Assembly (NCBI GenBank): GCA_964035545.1
Contig: OZ037772.1
Coordinates: 13,142,818-13,206,817, forward strand
Reading direction: 5' to 3'
Length of the DNA: 64,000 nt
Source: Bugula neritina
Lineage: Eukaryota > Animalia > Bryozoa
The translations under genes were made by a program, and so were the position numbers. The notes below the pieces were generated by a model. That model had not been told where the DNA came from and did no database searches. It saw nothing but the letters and a program-made list of their open reading frames with translations. This document shows, in pieces, positions 47,747 to 60,900 of the stretch (the stretch's first letter is position 1; each line of letters starts with the position of its first letter).

Positions 47747-49934
47747 CGGTGTTGACTACTTATATTTTTCAGACACATGGTTCATTAGCTTTATCTAGCC
47801 CCCTGTTCACACATTGCCGTACTGTACACCTTAATAGCACAAACAAAATGGCCCTGCTGTTGCGTTTTGTCAACAGGCGTTCACACACTGACGTAAAAGT
47901 GCAGCGCATGTTTCGGAGCTGTGACCAATCATAATAAGGCTAATTCTTGTCTGCAGTGACTTGCACGCCTTTGAATATTATTCACGACATTCATTTCAAA
48001 AGATGTTATATAAATGCTATTGACTAAATAAAAGCAATTAAAAGGAAACAATCTACTTTTTTAAATATATGTGTCCTCAAAACAATTGTGCAAACTAATT
48101 TGAATAATAAATATTTCAGCCGTGCAAATAATTTTCAAGTTTTTGGTTTGCATGCTTATGTGATTAGGGAAAGCTTGGTTTTTAAGTTGATTTTAATTTA
48201 AACAAGCCTAATAAAGATTTTTTGATTCTTTGAAACTTTTGAATTGGTTAAATTAAATCAACAATAAGCGATTAAAATAAACTAGCAAATATATTCTTTA
48301 AATTTTAGTACCAGATCAACTCTACCCTATGGGAGCCCCCCTTGTGACAGAAAAAAAGTCTATTTTTGCATTATATTTTCAAGTTGATTTTCAAATCTAT
48401 TTGCCTTCCATATTAAAAGCTGCAAATGTTTTCCTCAATCATAATATATATTGGAAATGTTTGAATTATTTAATGAAATAGTAATTCAGCAGTAATATGT
48501 CACTTTTTGCCAGGTAATATATGATAGATGTGTTTGTATTTTGTTAAGAATTTATAGGGTGAGGTGTACACAAGCTTTTCTGTTGTAGAGTGAGTGATGA
48601 ACAACACTAACTACATTATTCAGATTGAAGACACAGTCAGTGTACAAATACCATGAGTTGCAGACATCTAGATCTCAACTAAGGAGAATTTAGTAAGAAA
48701 TATTCTCATTACTGTATCCATTGATTTAACTGGTTATTGTATTTTCTATGTTGGGATTTATCTGCACAATTTTACCTGTTGGTTACTTTTTCAATTTTAC
48801 CCTGTCAATAGAAAACAAGTTACATAATTCAATATATTCTCAGCAGTTTGAACTCATCAATTATGATATATTTGCTGCTGCAACTTTTTGTAGTTTAGCT
48901 CTGCACTACGTTTGGAAGCTTTCTTTTGTAAGTAAAGCTAAATTCTCAGCTATTGTTATTGTAGTGTAGATGGAAGTATAATGGCTCAGCAGATCCTTCT
49001 GTGTCTGTTTGAAGTCAGTATAATAGCAGATCTTTTCTTATCATTACCTCTGGAGAAGACATTTCATCTACCACAGGTATCCCACCTTTTGACTGTAATA
49101 GTTAGTGGTAATAGTAAATAGTATATTAGTGAGTAGTAATAGTAGAGTATACTAGTGAGTAGTAATAGTAGAGTATATTAGTGAGTAGTAATAGTAGAGT
49201 ATACAGTTTAACAGCAAGTAGTAATAGTATAATAGTGAATAGTTATAGTAAATAACTTTGGTATAATAGTGAGTAGTAATCCTTGATAGTATAATAGTGA
49301 CTATGCTGTAAAAGTATAGAGTATATATTATTTTTTAGACTGTCTAAATATAACAGATTGGAACTTCAAATCACCCGTGACTTCCTATGAAAACAATGAT
49401 GTCTAATATGTCTCAAAGATGTCTTTCTCTTAGGCTGCTCCGTTTCCATCATACATTTGAATGTACATTACCAACAATCCAAAACCTCATTTTTGTGGCA
49501 CACGGATGTAAACCAAGCACATTGGATTATGGATTTGAAGAGCAAATTCAATGAACCTGATGAGAAATCTTATCCTGAAGATTGTAGAAATTTGTGGGAA
49601 GCTTTTTTAACTACAGAAGACACTGTGCTAAATATATTTGATTATCTCATCACCTTGTTAATACTATAATGTTTTTTTACATTATATTCATTATAGCTAT
49701 TTGATATTAATTATGTTGTTGAATTTTTTGTGATTTAAAGTATAATTAATGGTTTATGTTGAAATCTGTTACATATGGTGAACATAGATCACAACAAAGT
49801 TATTTAAATTATTAAGAGGTTAGGAATAATGCAGGCTATGAAAAAATATATCTGGCTTAAATTAGCCTCCAAAATTGGGCTGGCAAGTAGTTCCTCCCAA
49901 GTTTACACTATTACTATAAAATCTCTACCACTTT

Positions 49935-50775
49935 TGAGGTAATTAAATAAAGCTTTGAGTAATTAAATAAAGCTTTGGGTAATTAAATAAAGCTTTGAGT
50001 AATTAAAAAAGCTTTGGGTAATTAAATAAAAGCTTTGAGTAATTAAATAAAGCTTTGGGTAATTAAATAAAGCTTTGGGTAATTAAGTAAAGCTTTGAGT
50101 AATTAAAAAAAGCTTTGGGTAATTAAATAAAGCTTTGAGTAATTAAATAAAGCTTTGGGTAATTAAATAAAGCTTTGAGTAATTAAATAAAGCTTCGAGT
50201 AATTAAATAAAGCTTTGGGTAATTAAATAAAGCTTTGGGTAATTAAATAAAGCTTTCAATAATTAAATAAAGCTTTCAATAATTAAATAAAGCTTTGAGC
50301 AATTAAATAAAGCTTTGAGTAATTAAAAAAGCTTTGGGTAATTAAATAAAAGCTTTGAGTAATTAAATAAAGCTTTGGGTAATTAAATAAAGCTTTGGGT
50401 AATTAAGTAAAGCTTTGAGTAATTAAAAAAGCTTTGGGTAATTAAATAAAGCTTTGAGTAATTAAATAAAGCTTTGAGTAATTAAATAAAGCTTCGGGTA
50501 ATTAAATAAAGCTTTGGGTAATTAAATAAAGCTTTGAGTAATTAAATAAAGCTTCGAGTAATTAAATAAAGCTTTGGGTAATTAAATAAAGCTTCGAGTA
50601 ATTAAATAAAGCTTTGGGTAATTAAATAAAGCTTTGGGTAATTAAATAAAGCTTCGAGTAATTAAATAAAGCTTTGGGTAATTAAATAAAGCTTTGAGTA
50701 ATTAAATAAAGCTTGCAGAAATTAAATAAAGCTTTGGGTAATTAACAAAAGCTTTAGGTATACAAATAAAGCTTT
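49935..50775 (+). repeat. 20-bp minisatellite (GTAATTAAATAAAGCTTTGR)n
   Basis: Directly visible, about 40 copies. Confidence 0.95.
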
Positions 50776-51382
50776 GCTTTTTGCTATTATAAGTTGTTGC
50801 TGCAAATATTGCTAATGGCTGCTATGGAGTTATCTACTCAACACAAACTGTTGAACAAGCTACCCAATAACACTAACAACCATACACTAGAATGAAAACT
50901 TTGCATTCACATTCTAATGCAATATGTTTTAGTTCTCTGAAAGTAAGTTTATTAATTATATAATGAAACACTGATTCAAGCAGAAACTGACCATAATCTC
51001 TACAGCATCTCCAACATGCAAGAGCGTCACTAGCTAATAACAGTGGTACTCTACTATTGTTGAATGGTGGTGATGAGAAAACACCAGCACTTACATTGCA
51101 TAGTTTTACAAGACAGCTAGATGACATTTAACATGAATGTAGTTTATATATAAATGTTTATGCTTTTAGACCAAATTAATAAAGCGCCTCAAAGATGCTG
51201 ATTAGGATCAATATGCATCTTTTAGTTGAGCTCCAGATATGCTTCCTTTGAAGGTTAAGTTGTTACTGACTAAACCCTCTAGTTATTGCATCCAAGAAAT
51301 CGGTTCCTCCACTATATAATAATTATTATAAACATTAAAAACTCAACTGACATCAAAATAAAATAAGCTTATAATATAATAG

Positions 51383-54066
51383 ATATACACACCTTAGTAT
51401 AGTAAATATACACACCTTAGTATAGTAAATATACACACTTTAGTATAGTAAATATACACACCTTAGTATAGTAAATATACACACCTTAGTATAGTAAATA
51501 TACACACCTTAGTATAGTAAATATACACACCTTAGTATAGTAAATATACACATCTTAGTATAGTAAATATACACACTTTAGTACAGTAAATATACACACT
51601 TTAGTATAGTAAATATACACACCTTAGTATAGTAAATATACACCCCTTAGTACAGTAAATACACACACCTTAGTATAGTAAATATACACACCTTAGTATA
51701 GTAAATATACACACCTTAGTATAGTAAATATACACACCACAGTATAGTAAATATACACACTTTAGTATAGTAAATATACACACCTTAGTATAGTAAATAT
51801 ACACCCCTTAGTACAGTAAATACACACACCTTAGTATAGTAAATATACACACCTTAGTATAGTAAATATACACACCTTAGTATAGTAAATATACACACCT
51901 TAGTATAGTAAATATACACACCACAGTATAGTAAATATACACACCTTAGTATAGTAATAATATACACATCTTAGTACAGTAAATATACACACCTTAGTAT
52001 AGTAAATATACACACCTTAGTATAGTAAATATACACACCTTAGTATAGTAAATATACACATCTTAGTATAGTAAATATACACACCTTAGTATAGTAAATA
52101 TACACACCTTAATATAGTAAATATACACACCTTAGTATAGTAAATATACACACCTTAGTATAGTAATAATATACACATCTTAGTATAGTAAATATACACC
52201 CCTTAGTATAGTAAATATACACACCTTAGTATAGTAAATAAACACACCTTAGTATAGTAAATATACACCCCTTAGTATAGTAAATATACACACCTTAGTA
52301 TAGTAAATATACACACCTTAGTATAGTAAATATACACACTTTAGTATAGTAAATATACACCCCTTAGTATAGTAAATATACACATCTTAGTATAGTAAAT
52401 AAACACACCTTAGTATAGTAAATATACACCCCTTAGTATAGTAAATATACACATCTTAGTATAGTAAATATACACACTTTAGTAAAGTAAATATACACAC
52501 TTTAGTAAAGTAAATATACACACCTTAGTATAGTAAATATACACACCTTAGTATAGTAAATATACACATCTTAGTATAGTAAATATACACACCACAGTAT
52601 AGTAAATATACACACCTTAGTATAGTAAATATACACACCTTAGTATAGTAAATATACACACCTTAGTACAGTAAATATACACATCTTAGTATAGTAAATA
52701 TACACATCTTAGTATAGTAAATATACACACTTTAGTATAGTAAATATACACGTCTTAGTACAGTAAATATACACACCTTAGTATAGTAATAATATACACA
52801 CCTTAGTATAGTAAATATACACATCTTAGTATAGTAAATATACACACCTTAGTATAGTAAATATACACACCTTAGTATAGTAAATATACACACCTTAGTA
52901 TAGTAAATATACACATCTTAGTATAGTAAATAAACACACCTTAGTATAGTAAATATACACCCCTTAGTATAGTAAATATACACATCTTAGTATAGTAAAT
53001 ATACACACTTTAGTAAAGTAAATATACACACCTTAGTATAGTAAATATACACACCTTAGTATAGTAAATATACACATCTTAGTATAGTAAATATACACAC
53101 CACAGTATAGTAAATATACACACCTTAGTATAGTAAATATACACACCTTAGTATAGTAAATATACACACCTTAGTACAGTAAATATACACATCTTAGTAT
53201 AGTAAATATACACATCTTAGTATAGTAAATATACACACTTTAGTATAGTAAATATACACGTCTTAGTACAGTAAATATACACACCTTAGTATAGTAATAA
53301 TATACACACCTTAGTATAGTAAATATACACATCTTAGTATAGTAAATATACACCCTTTAGTATAGTAAATATACACATCTTAGTATAGTAAATAAACACA
53401 CCTTAGTATAGTAAATATACACCCCTTAGTATAGTAAATATACACACCTTAGTATAGTAAATATACACACCTTAGTATAGTAAATATACACACCTTAGTA
53501 TAGTAAATATACACACCTTAGTATAGTAAATATACACACCTTAGTATAGTAAATATACACACCTTAGTATAGTAAATATACACACCTTAGTATAGTAAAT
53601 ATACACACCTTAGTATAGTAAATATACACATCTTAGTATAGTAAATATACACACCTTAGTATAGTAAATATACACATCTTAGTATAGCAAATATACACAC
53701 CTTAGTATAGTAAATATACACACCTTAGTATAGTAAATATACACACCTTAGTACAGTAAATATACACATCTTAGTATAGTAAATATACACACCTTAATAT
53801 AGTAAATATACACATCTTAGTATAGTAATAATATACACACCTTAGTATAGTAAATATACATACCTTAGTATAGTAAATATACACACCTTAGTATAGTAAA
53901 TATACACACCTTAGTATAGTAAATATACACACCTTAGTATAGTAAATATACACATCTTAGTATAGTAAATATACACACCTTAGTATAGTAAATATACACA
54001 CCTTAGTATAGTAATAATATACACACCTTAGTATAGTAAATATACATACCATAGTATAGTAAATAT
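51383..54066 (+). repeat. 23-bp satellite (TATACACACCTTAGTATAGTAAA)n, ~2.7 kb
   Basis: Directly visible, more than 110 copies; variant order recurs (e.g. ~52390-52830 vs ~52920-53340), indicating higher-order duplication. Confidence 0.95.
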
Positions 54067-56590
54067 CCAAATCTCAAGGTGAAGTACGTTGTATGCTGAG
54101 CTCAGAACAAGGTGCAGGTCACAACAACTAAAAGCAGTAGGACGCTGTTGTAGTTCAGACAGATGAATAATAACTAGTATAATAAACATTAAGAAGACAG
54201 CACTTGCAGTTCATATAAATCTTAATGCTACTGCAGTCAATCCATTTATATTCCAAAGGTTACAAGATACAAGTAGGTTACTCTCAAGCTAAGCTAACCC
54301 TCTACTGCTCTAGTCGGTTTACCATCTTTTAGTCTAGCAGTGAAACAGCACTACTGGTTGTATGCACAGCTTTACTCTTAGCTTTTTCAACTGCTGAAAG
54401 CTATCTTGCTGATGTAGCATATACAGCTCTTTACTGTTTACTCTGAATAATGTGCATAAGTTATAACTGGGAGATTCTGCTTCCCCCATTCACTAGCCTT
54501 GCCATGCACAAAGCTGCTGCAGAAGGCAGCCAGTTCAATGCATGGGAAGACAGCAGTTAACAGACAATATTAGTGACTTGAACATGCACCTACTAATAGA
54601 TATGGAAGTGATGGCCTTGTGTGTTGATAAAATCAGGAGATAGAAATCTAGCTGGTACTCACTCTACTAGACATACTATGTAGATTATGCATGCAGATCA
54701 TATATAATAATGGTGGTAATTTATTAATACTGTAGCTGGTGCCAGGAATGACAATAAATCATACATATTATATTACAAAAAAAAATGCCTAGTCTAAAGT
54801 CTAAATTAAAAGCCAGACTTCGTTTTTTTACCACAAGCAAGCATAGCACTATGTAAACTTATATTATTTAATAAGAAGTTTTCAAGCATTTAGCAATAAA
54901 TTGACAAAATAACAAAAGCTACGTATTAAAGGAGTGAAGTTTGTATAATGTACAAGAAATGGTTAAACAACTCCAAAGTCAAACAAATTAATATCCAATA
55001 GTGTTCAATTAAGGCAATGAGTTTATCAACATGAAAGTAGAACATTCAAATAGAATGCAAACAATCCGCTGTTTTCTTGTCTTTTCACAATTTTATATCC
55101 ACATTCAGACAAACGCAAGGAGAAGATGCATATGATTGTTTTCACTTCTACTGAGCTCATATTCTCCTGGCTATAATATGTTTTATGCTGACAGAAATTA
55201 AGTCTACTTTTAATCAAGGCTGATACAGATGCAAAAAAATCCAACACACAATGTAAAATTTAGACATATGATAATAACCAGCTAACCTCACACTTCAAAT
55301 AGAGTAGTATGCAGTTCACCACAGCTCAGGTCAAGTAGAGATCAAACAACTCCAACTAATACCAAACCATCCAGAAGGAACAGCCATCAGTAACCTGTAA
55401 GTGAAACAAACCAGCACTGAGTCTGAGCCACTCAGGTTACACACGTATCGAAAACAAAGGGTGCTGCAAAGGTATATAAATGGCATCTCTCTACGGAGCT
55501 GGGGTGAGGTTGGCAAGAGCTTTTACAATAGACTGTTTTAACTTTTATTAGAAACACATTTGGCAGCATCAATTTTTGAATGAAATAAACATGCAGCCAT
55601 AACTTTTAAAACTAAATGAAACGGCAGAGAAAAGGCCATGTGTTACGGTAATGCTGATCAATAGTGGATTTCATAGCTAATAGGAGCAGATATGGGTCAA
55701 CTGATTTTACCTCACTGACGTGCACTGGTAGTCTTACTAATGCCAAGAGTTGATAGTGAAGGTTAGACAACTCCAACTTAATGAAAGGAAGAGTAAATAT
55801 TGTTACAATAAACAATTCATTTAGACACAAACCTGAACCCATGAAAAGTTTTGATGAATCAAACACAGAGAGAAGACAACTTCTACATGTCAGCTTGTGA
55901 GCACAGCGCAGATATAAAACTGGTCTGGATAGCAAGGTAACTTCCATCTGGTTAAACACAATTACAAAAGAGACAATAAATATTCTAAACTCTCTTTATA
56001 TATAAAAAAAATTCATTTTAATTTTCTAATAGCAAATTTTTGCCGAGCTGAGATACTAGTCTAATGACTACACGTACCTAACTTGAACAAATTCACAAGA
56101 TTAAGAATTAACAAGACTACAAATAAAATAATGAATAAATCAATAATACATAACTTTTCATTACTTCAAACAGAAAGAGATATACATGAAATCTAGACTT
56201 CAGTTATCAAGAAGAGTACAAAAAGTACAAGAAAATCCTTTTTCTAACATTCTTTAAAACTAATAAATTTCATTATTATAACTACAAGCCTTTCAGCTGC
56301 ATTCACTCAAAATTTGAAAAATGTCAAATGACTGTAGAATCAAATTGACAAGAATCAAGCAGCAGTTTATGAATTAAATAAAATATTCAACGTGAATTTC
56401 AAGTCTACAAATAAATACAGATCAACAACCAGTAAACTAACGACAAGATGTTAGTAAAAATGATTAAATAACATGTTAAATGAATGACTACCTTAGTGGT
56501 ACGATGACACTTTCAGTTGAACGACCAGTCAGTTTGAAGAGCAACTTACTAATGAAAGCGCAGCAGACGTGCTCAGTCGTCTGTAACTGA

Positions 56591-56659
56591 TCACGTGCTC
56601 AGTCGTCTGTAACTGATCACGTGACTTTTGCGTCATGCGTTACAATTCATGACTCAGCA
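56591..56659 (+). promoter_or_regulatory. Candidate promoter cluster: two E-boxes (CACGTG; one TCACGTGAC), TGCGTCA, and ARE-like ATGACTCAGCA
   Basis: TCACGTG 56591-56597, TCACGTGAC 56617-56625, TGCGTCA 56629-56635, ATGACTCAGCA 56649-56659, within a locally CpG-richer patch. Confidence 0.4.
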
Positions 56660-58146
56660 TCTCCCTGAAGGTTTCAATGGTATTACCAATAAATCAGTAA
56701 TCTGTATGCAGCAAAAAAGTGAACACTAATTTTAGTGCCTAAGATTCTATGGGGCCTCAAGTTTCAGAATACAATGAAGAGAAAACAGAGATGTAGTCTC
56801 TTACACAATCAAATACTTTTAAAAGTTTGTCCGTTTCAAGCAGCACTCAATCATGTTTAAGGCAAAATAAACAAGAAAAAAGTGAACTATGCTAAATTAA
56901 CCATCAAGAAAAGAAACACAAATTACTGACGCAAAGATACATGAAAGAAATTGAACAGGTGAGCTAGAGAAACTGCTCCTTCTAGAAGCTATTCAGGTAA
57001 ATGATGAAAATTAGTGTTGCCACTTGGGATCTGATTTTTGGAAGTTTTATGGGTCATTAAGTAACATCCTTCTAACCATTCACCATTAAAGCACTAATTC
57101 CTCTTATCAATGCAACTAGATACTGGCTCGGGGCCATGGACCTAAAGAAAAAGGTGTAAAATTCAAATACTTGTTTGAAATGTGTTGGGGCAGGTCACAG
57201 TCATGAATTACTAGACAATCTGTATAGCATTGTTTACTATAATAGTGTGTACTATTACTGCCTAATCAAATAACGTTTATGAATAGTAATTTTAAATAGC
57301 TTGATGTTTAGGATGAGGTAATTTTTACTTGGAGCAATCACACACATACCAATTGTGATGTCAGTACGATCAACTAGATCACTTCTGTTGACACACCGTT
57401 CACTAGTTTTAGTAACTGCATTCGCCGAAAAAACCTCATGGAAGTCTTTTTAGAAGAACTATGCACCAATCATCATGCAGCGCATACAGGTGCATTCTGT
57501 AGGTAAGAATTTTCAAGTGTGAGTAGTCAGGTGAAGAAAGTATAAATAGAGGTGTGCATATGTTTAATACTACTTTGGCTTTAAAATATCTAAGTTATAA
57601 AATATTGCAAATTGATATTTTAAAGACAAATTAAGCTGTTCAAATTGTTTTTCTTTCTTTATCACATGTTTTTTTCTAAAATAATGCTTATTTCAATTAA
57701 CACTAAATACGTAGGGAGATAAACCCTAAAAACAAAAGTGAATCACCCATCAGTACAAGTTGTGTCAGACTTCCTGCACCATTTGAGCTCTCTGATGAGT
57801 TCAATAGTAACTTTCTAGCAGTTATATTTTCTATTGAATAGATGTATGAATGTATAAACAGTTTATATGTGTTTTTACGGAGAGACAACTAGGAAATATT
57901 GTGAACTCACAGAGTGATGAGTCAAAGGCAAGTCTGGCTTCATCTTGCTTTCAGTTTCTCAGTTTTACAGTTAGCTGATGTTTTCCTTCGTAAAGGGGGA
58001 AGTGCCGCAGCAGCCAACAATTCAGTAAGGTTCTCAGTCTACAGCCACATTTGATGAACAGACAAAGCAGTCACTGAGCTCTATTCTAATATCGATAGGC
58101 GCAAAGTGTGTCCCGGTATACTGGAAGAAGGTGCTGAGGCTAGATC

Positions 58147-60023
58147 ATGGCAGCCACCAACTCTCATATACTGCTTTCTCTTTCCACATATCGGTGAGAA
58201 TACTATGATATATCGGTGAGAATACTACGATATATCGGTGAGAATACTACGATATATCGGTGAGAATACTACGATATATCAGTGAGAATACTATGATATA
58301 TCGGTGAGAATACTACGATATATTGGTGAGAATACTACGATATATCAGTAAGAATACTATGATATATCGGTGAGAATACTGTGATATATTGGTGAGAATG
58401 TGATACAGTACATAGGTTGTGTAGAGTGTGATGAATACATACTGTAGTCGAATATATTCCCTTTATATTATACGAGTAGTATAACCTTTTATACATACGT
58501 ACTATATAATATATTCCTTATATTATATTCCTTATAATATATTCCTTATAATATATTCCTTATAATATATTCCTTATAATATATTCCTTATAATATATTC
58601 CTTATAATATATTCCTTATAATATATTCCTTATAATATTATATTCCTTATAATATATTCCTTATAATATATTCCTTATAATATATTCCTTATAATATATT
58701 CCTTATAATATATTCCTTATAATATATTCCTTATAATATATTCCTTATAATATATTCCTTATAATATATTCCTTATAATATATTCCTTATAATATATTCC
58801 TTATAATATATTCATTATAATATATTCCTTATAATATATTCCTTATAATATATTCCTTATAATATATTCTACATAACGCAGACTTCACGAATCATTTGCC
58901 ACCATCAGAAGTGAGTATTTCGAGGACTTTAATAAAATGTTGTTGAGTCGAGCTGCTTCCACAGGCATTGAGATAAATTCCAAGCTGAGTCACAAGATAA
59001 ATGACTTCAGTGAGTTGTCTTCTCTCTCTTATTATCTTAAATTAGAAAACATTTCAAATCTATCAAGAGACAGTTGAAGCAATCATGATATAAATATATA
59101 CTACTAGAATATTACAACTGTATAGTTGGCTAATAACATATTATACTATAGCACACACAGTTCATATAACTACTATATAGCAGTTATATGCAACTAGTAG
59201 AATATGCTATGCATGGTTAGTTCACAGTAACATACTGAGAGTATGGAGGGTGATGATAAGCAACTGGACGGCCGCAGGTGATGACATCATATCTCTCCCG
59301 TCTGAGCAGGCAAGGAATATGCTGACAATGTACCTGAGTCAGATAATGGAGAGTAGCTGTCTGCGTACAGAGGACTGGCAGGGCCTGTTTATAGTAAGTA
59401 CACCGTGTATAGTAAGTATGTTATAGTGTGTATAGTAAGTACACAGTGTATAGTAAGTATGTTATAGTGTGTATAGTAAGTACACAGTGTATAGTAAGTA
59501 TGTTATAGTGTGTATAGTAAGTACACAGTGTATAGTAAGTACACCGTGTATAGTAAGTATACTGTGTATAGTAAGTACACCGTGTATAGTAAGTATACAG
59601 TGTATAGTAAGTATGTTATAGTGTGTATAATAAGTATGTTATAGTGTGTACAGTAAGTACAAAGTGTACAGTAAGTACAAAGTGTATAGTAAGTACACAG
59701 AGTGTACTATTTATAGGCCTTAGAAGTGACCGTGGAAATCATCATCAGAGCAGTGCAGCTGGGGAACCTAAAGAGAGCAGTTGAAATGATGGAGTGGTAT
59801 TCTACCGTCCCCCAAATGCTGATAGATAAGCCAGGGGGCTGGGTGGGTACAGTGAGACTCACTAATATGCAGTATTATCAATATTTTGTCAATTAACTTC
59901 TTATAAATAAACACTACTTTAATTTTTGTGCTGCAGGAGAACATAATGGTAAAACTGCAATCTGATTATGTCAAGAACTATTCTGGTAATCCTCAAGACT
60001 GGGAACTACACAAAACTGTGTAA
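58147..60023 (+). CDS. Divergent Bcl-2-fold-like protein B (no C-terminal TM), paralog of 37446-40545
   Basis: Exons 58147-58193, 58882-59009, 59221-59393 (...TEDWQGLFI), 59717-59842 (ALEVTVEIIIRAVQLGNLKRAVEMMEWYSTVPQMLIDKPGGW|), 59937-60023 (TAA). Same intron phases as paralog A (2,1,0,0) and an identical 173-nt third exon. The start codon is uncertain. Confidence 0.6.
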
Positions 60024-60511
60024 GGGGGCTGTATAACACCCGACCCTTCTTGTAGACTGTTTGCTGCATTCATGGTTACTACTACAGTAATAAATACAAA
60101 CAATTCAGCAGCTGACTTGTGTAGTTTTTTCTCTTCTAAATTATATAAAAGTAGGACTAACAACATACTAATAGGCATAAATATATAGAGCAAGGAGCAC
60201 TTAATTATGTTGAGAAGATAACTCCAACTTACTGTTGCTGCAGCATAAATATACTGATAGCATTATACTCTATACAATATAGTACTATAGACTATACAAT
60301 ATAGTACTATAGTCTATTCACAGATACAGATGACTAAAACCACTCTGTCATAGTTTATCAAATACTCTATATATTGATACTGACTAATATCACCACATAT
60401 ACATAATATTATTTACACAATACAACAAATAACTAATAATAAGTAACAAGTAAATGAACTCAACAGCCTAGACCAAACAGTACACTCAGTCAACAGTTAC
60501 ATGTGATGACG

Positions 60512-60900
60512 TAGTGCAGAGTACTAACTGGTAGTGCAGAGTACTAGCTGGTAGTGCAGAGTACTAGCTGGTAGTGCAGAGTACTAGCTGGTAGTGCAGA
60601 GTACTAGCTGGTAGTGCGGAGTACTAACTGGTGGTCCAGAGTGCTAGCTGGTAGTGCAGAGTACTAACTGGTAGTGCGGAGTACTAGCTGGTAGTGCAGA
60701 GTACTAGCTGGTAGTGCAGAGTACTGGCTGGTAGTGCAGAGTACTAGCTGGTAGTGCAGAGTACTAGCTGGTAGTGCGGAGTACTAGCTGGTAGTGCAGA
60801 GTACTAGCTGGTAGTGCAGAGTATTAACTGGTAGTGCAGAGTACTAGCTGGTAGTGCAGAGTACTAGCTGGTAGTGCAGAGTACTAGCTGGTAGTGCAGA
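60512..60900 (-). repeat. 20-bp tandem repeat duplicating the last codons and stop of the D8C gene (TCTGCACTACCAGCTAGTAC)n
   Basis: On the plus strand GTACTAGCTGGTAGTGCAGA about 19 times; the unit at 60881-60900 contains the gene's TAG. Confidence 0.9.

Noticed and set aside
55990-56060. Possible non-autonomous Helitron remnant (TCTTTATATATAAAA ... CTAGT)
   Set aside because: Only terminal resemblance; no convincing subterminal hairpin or second copy in the window.
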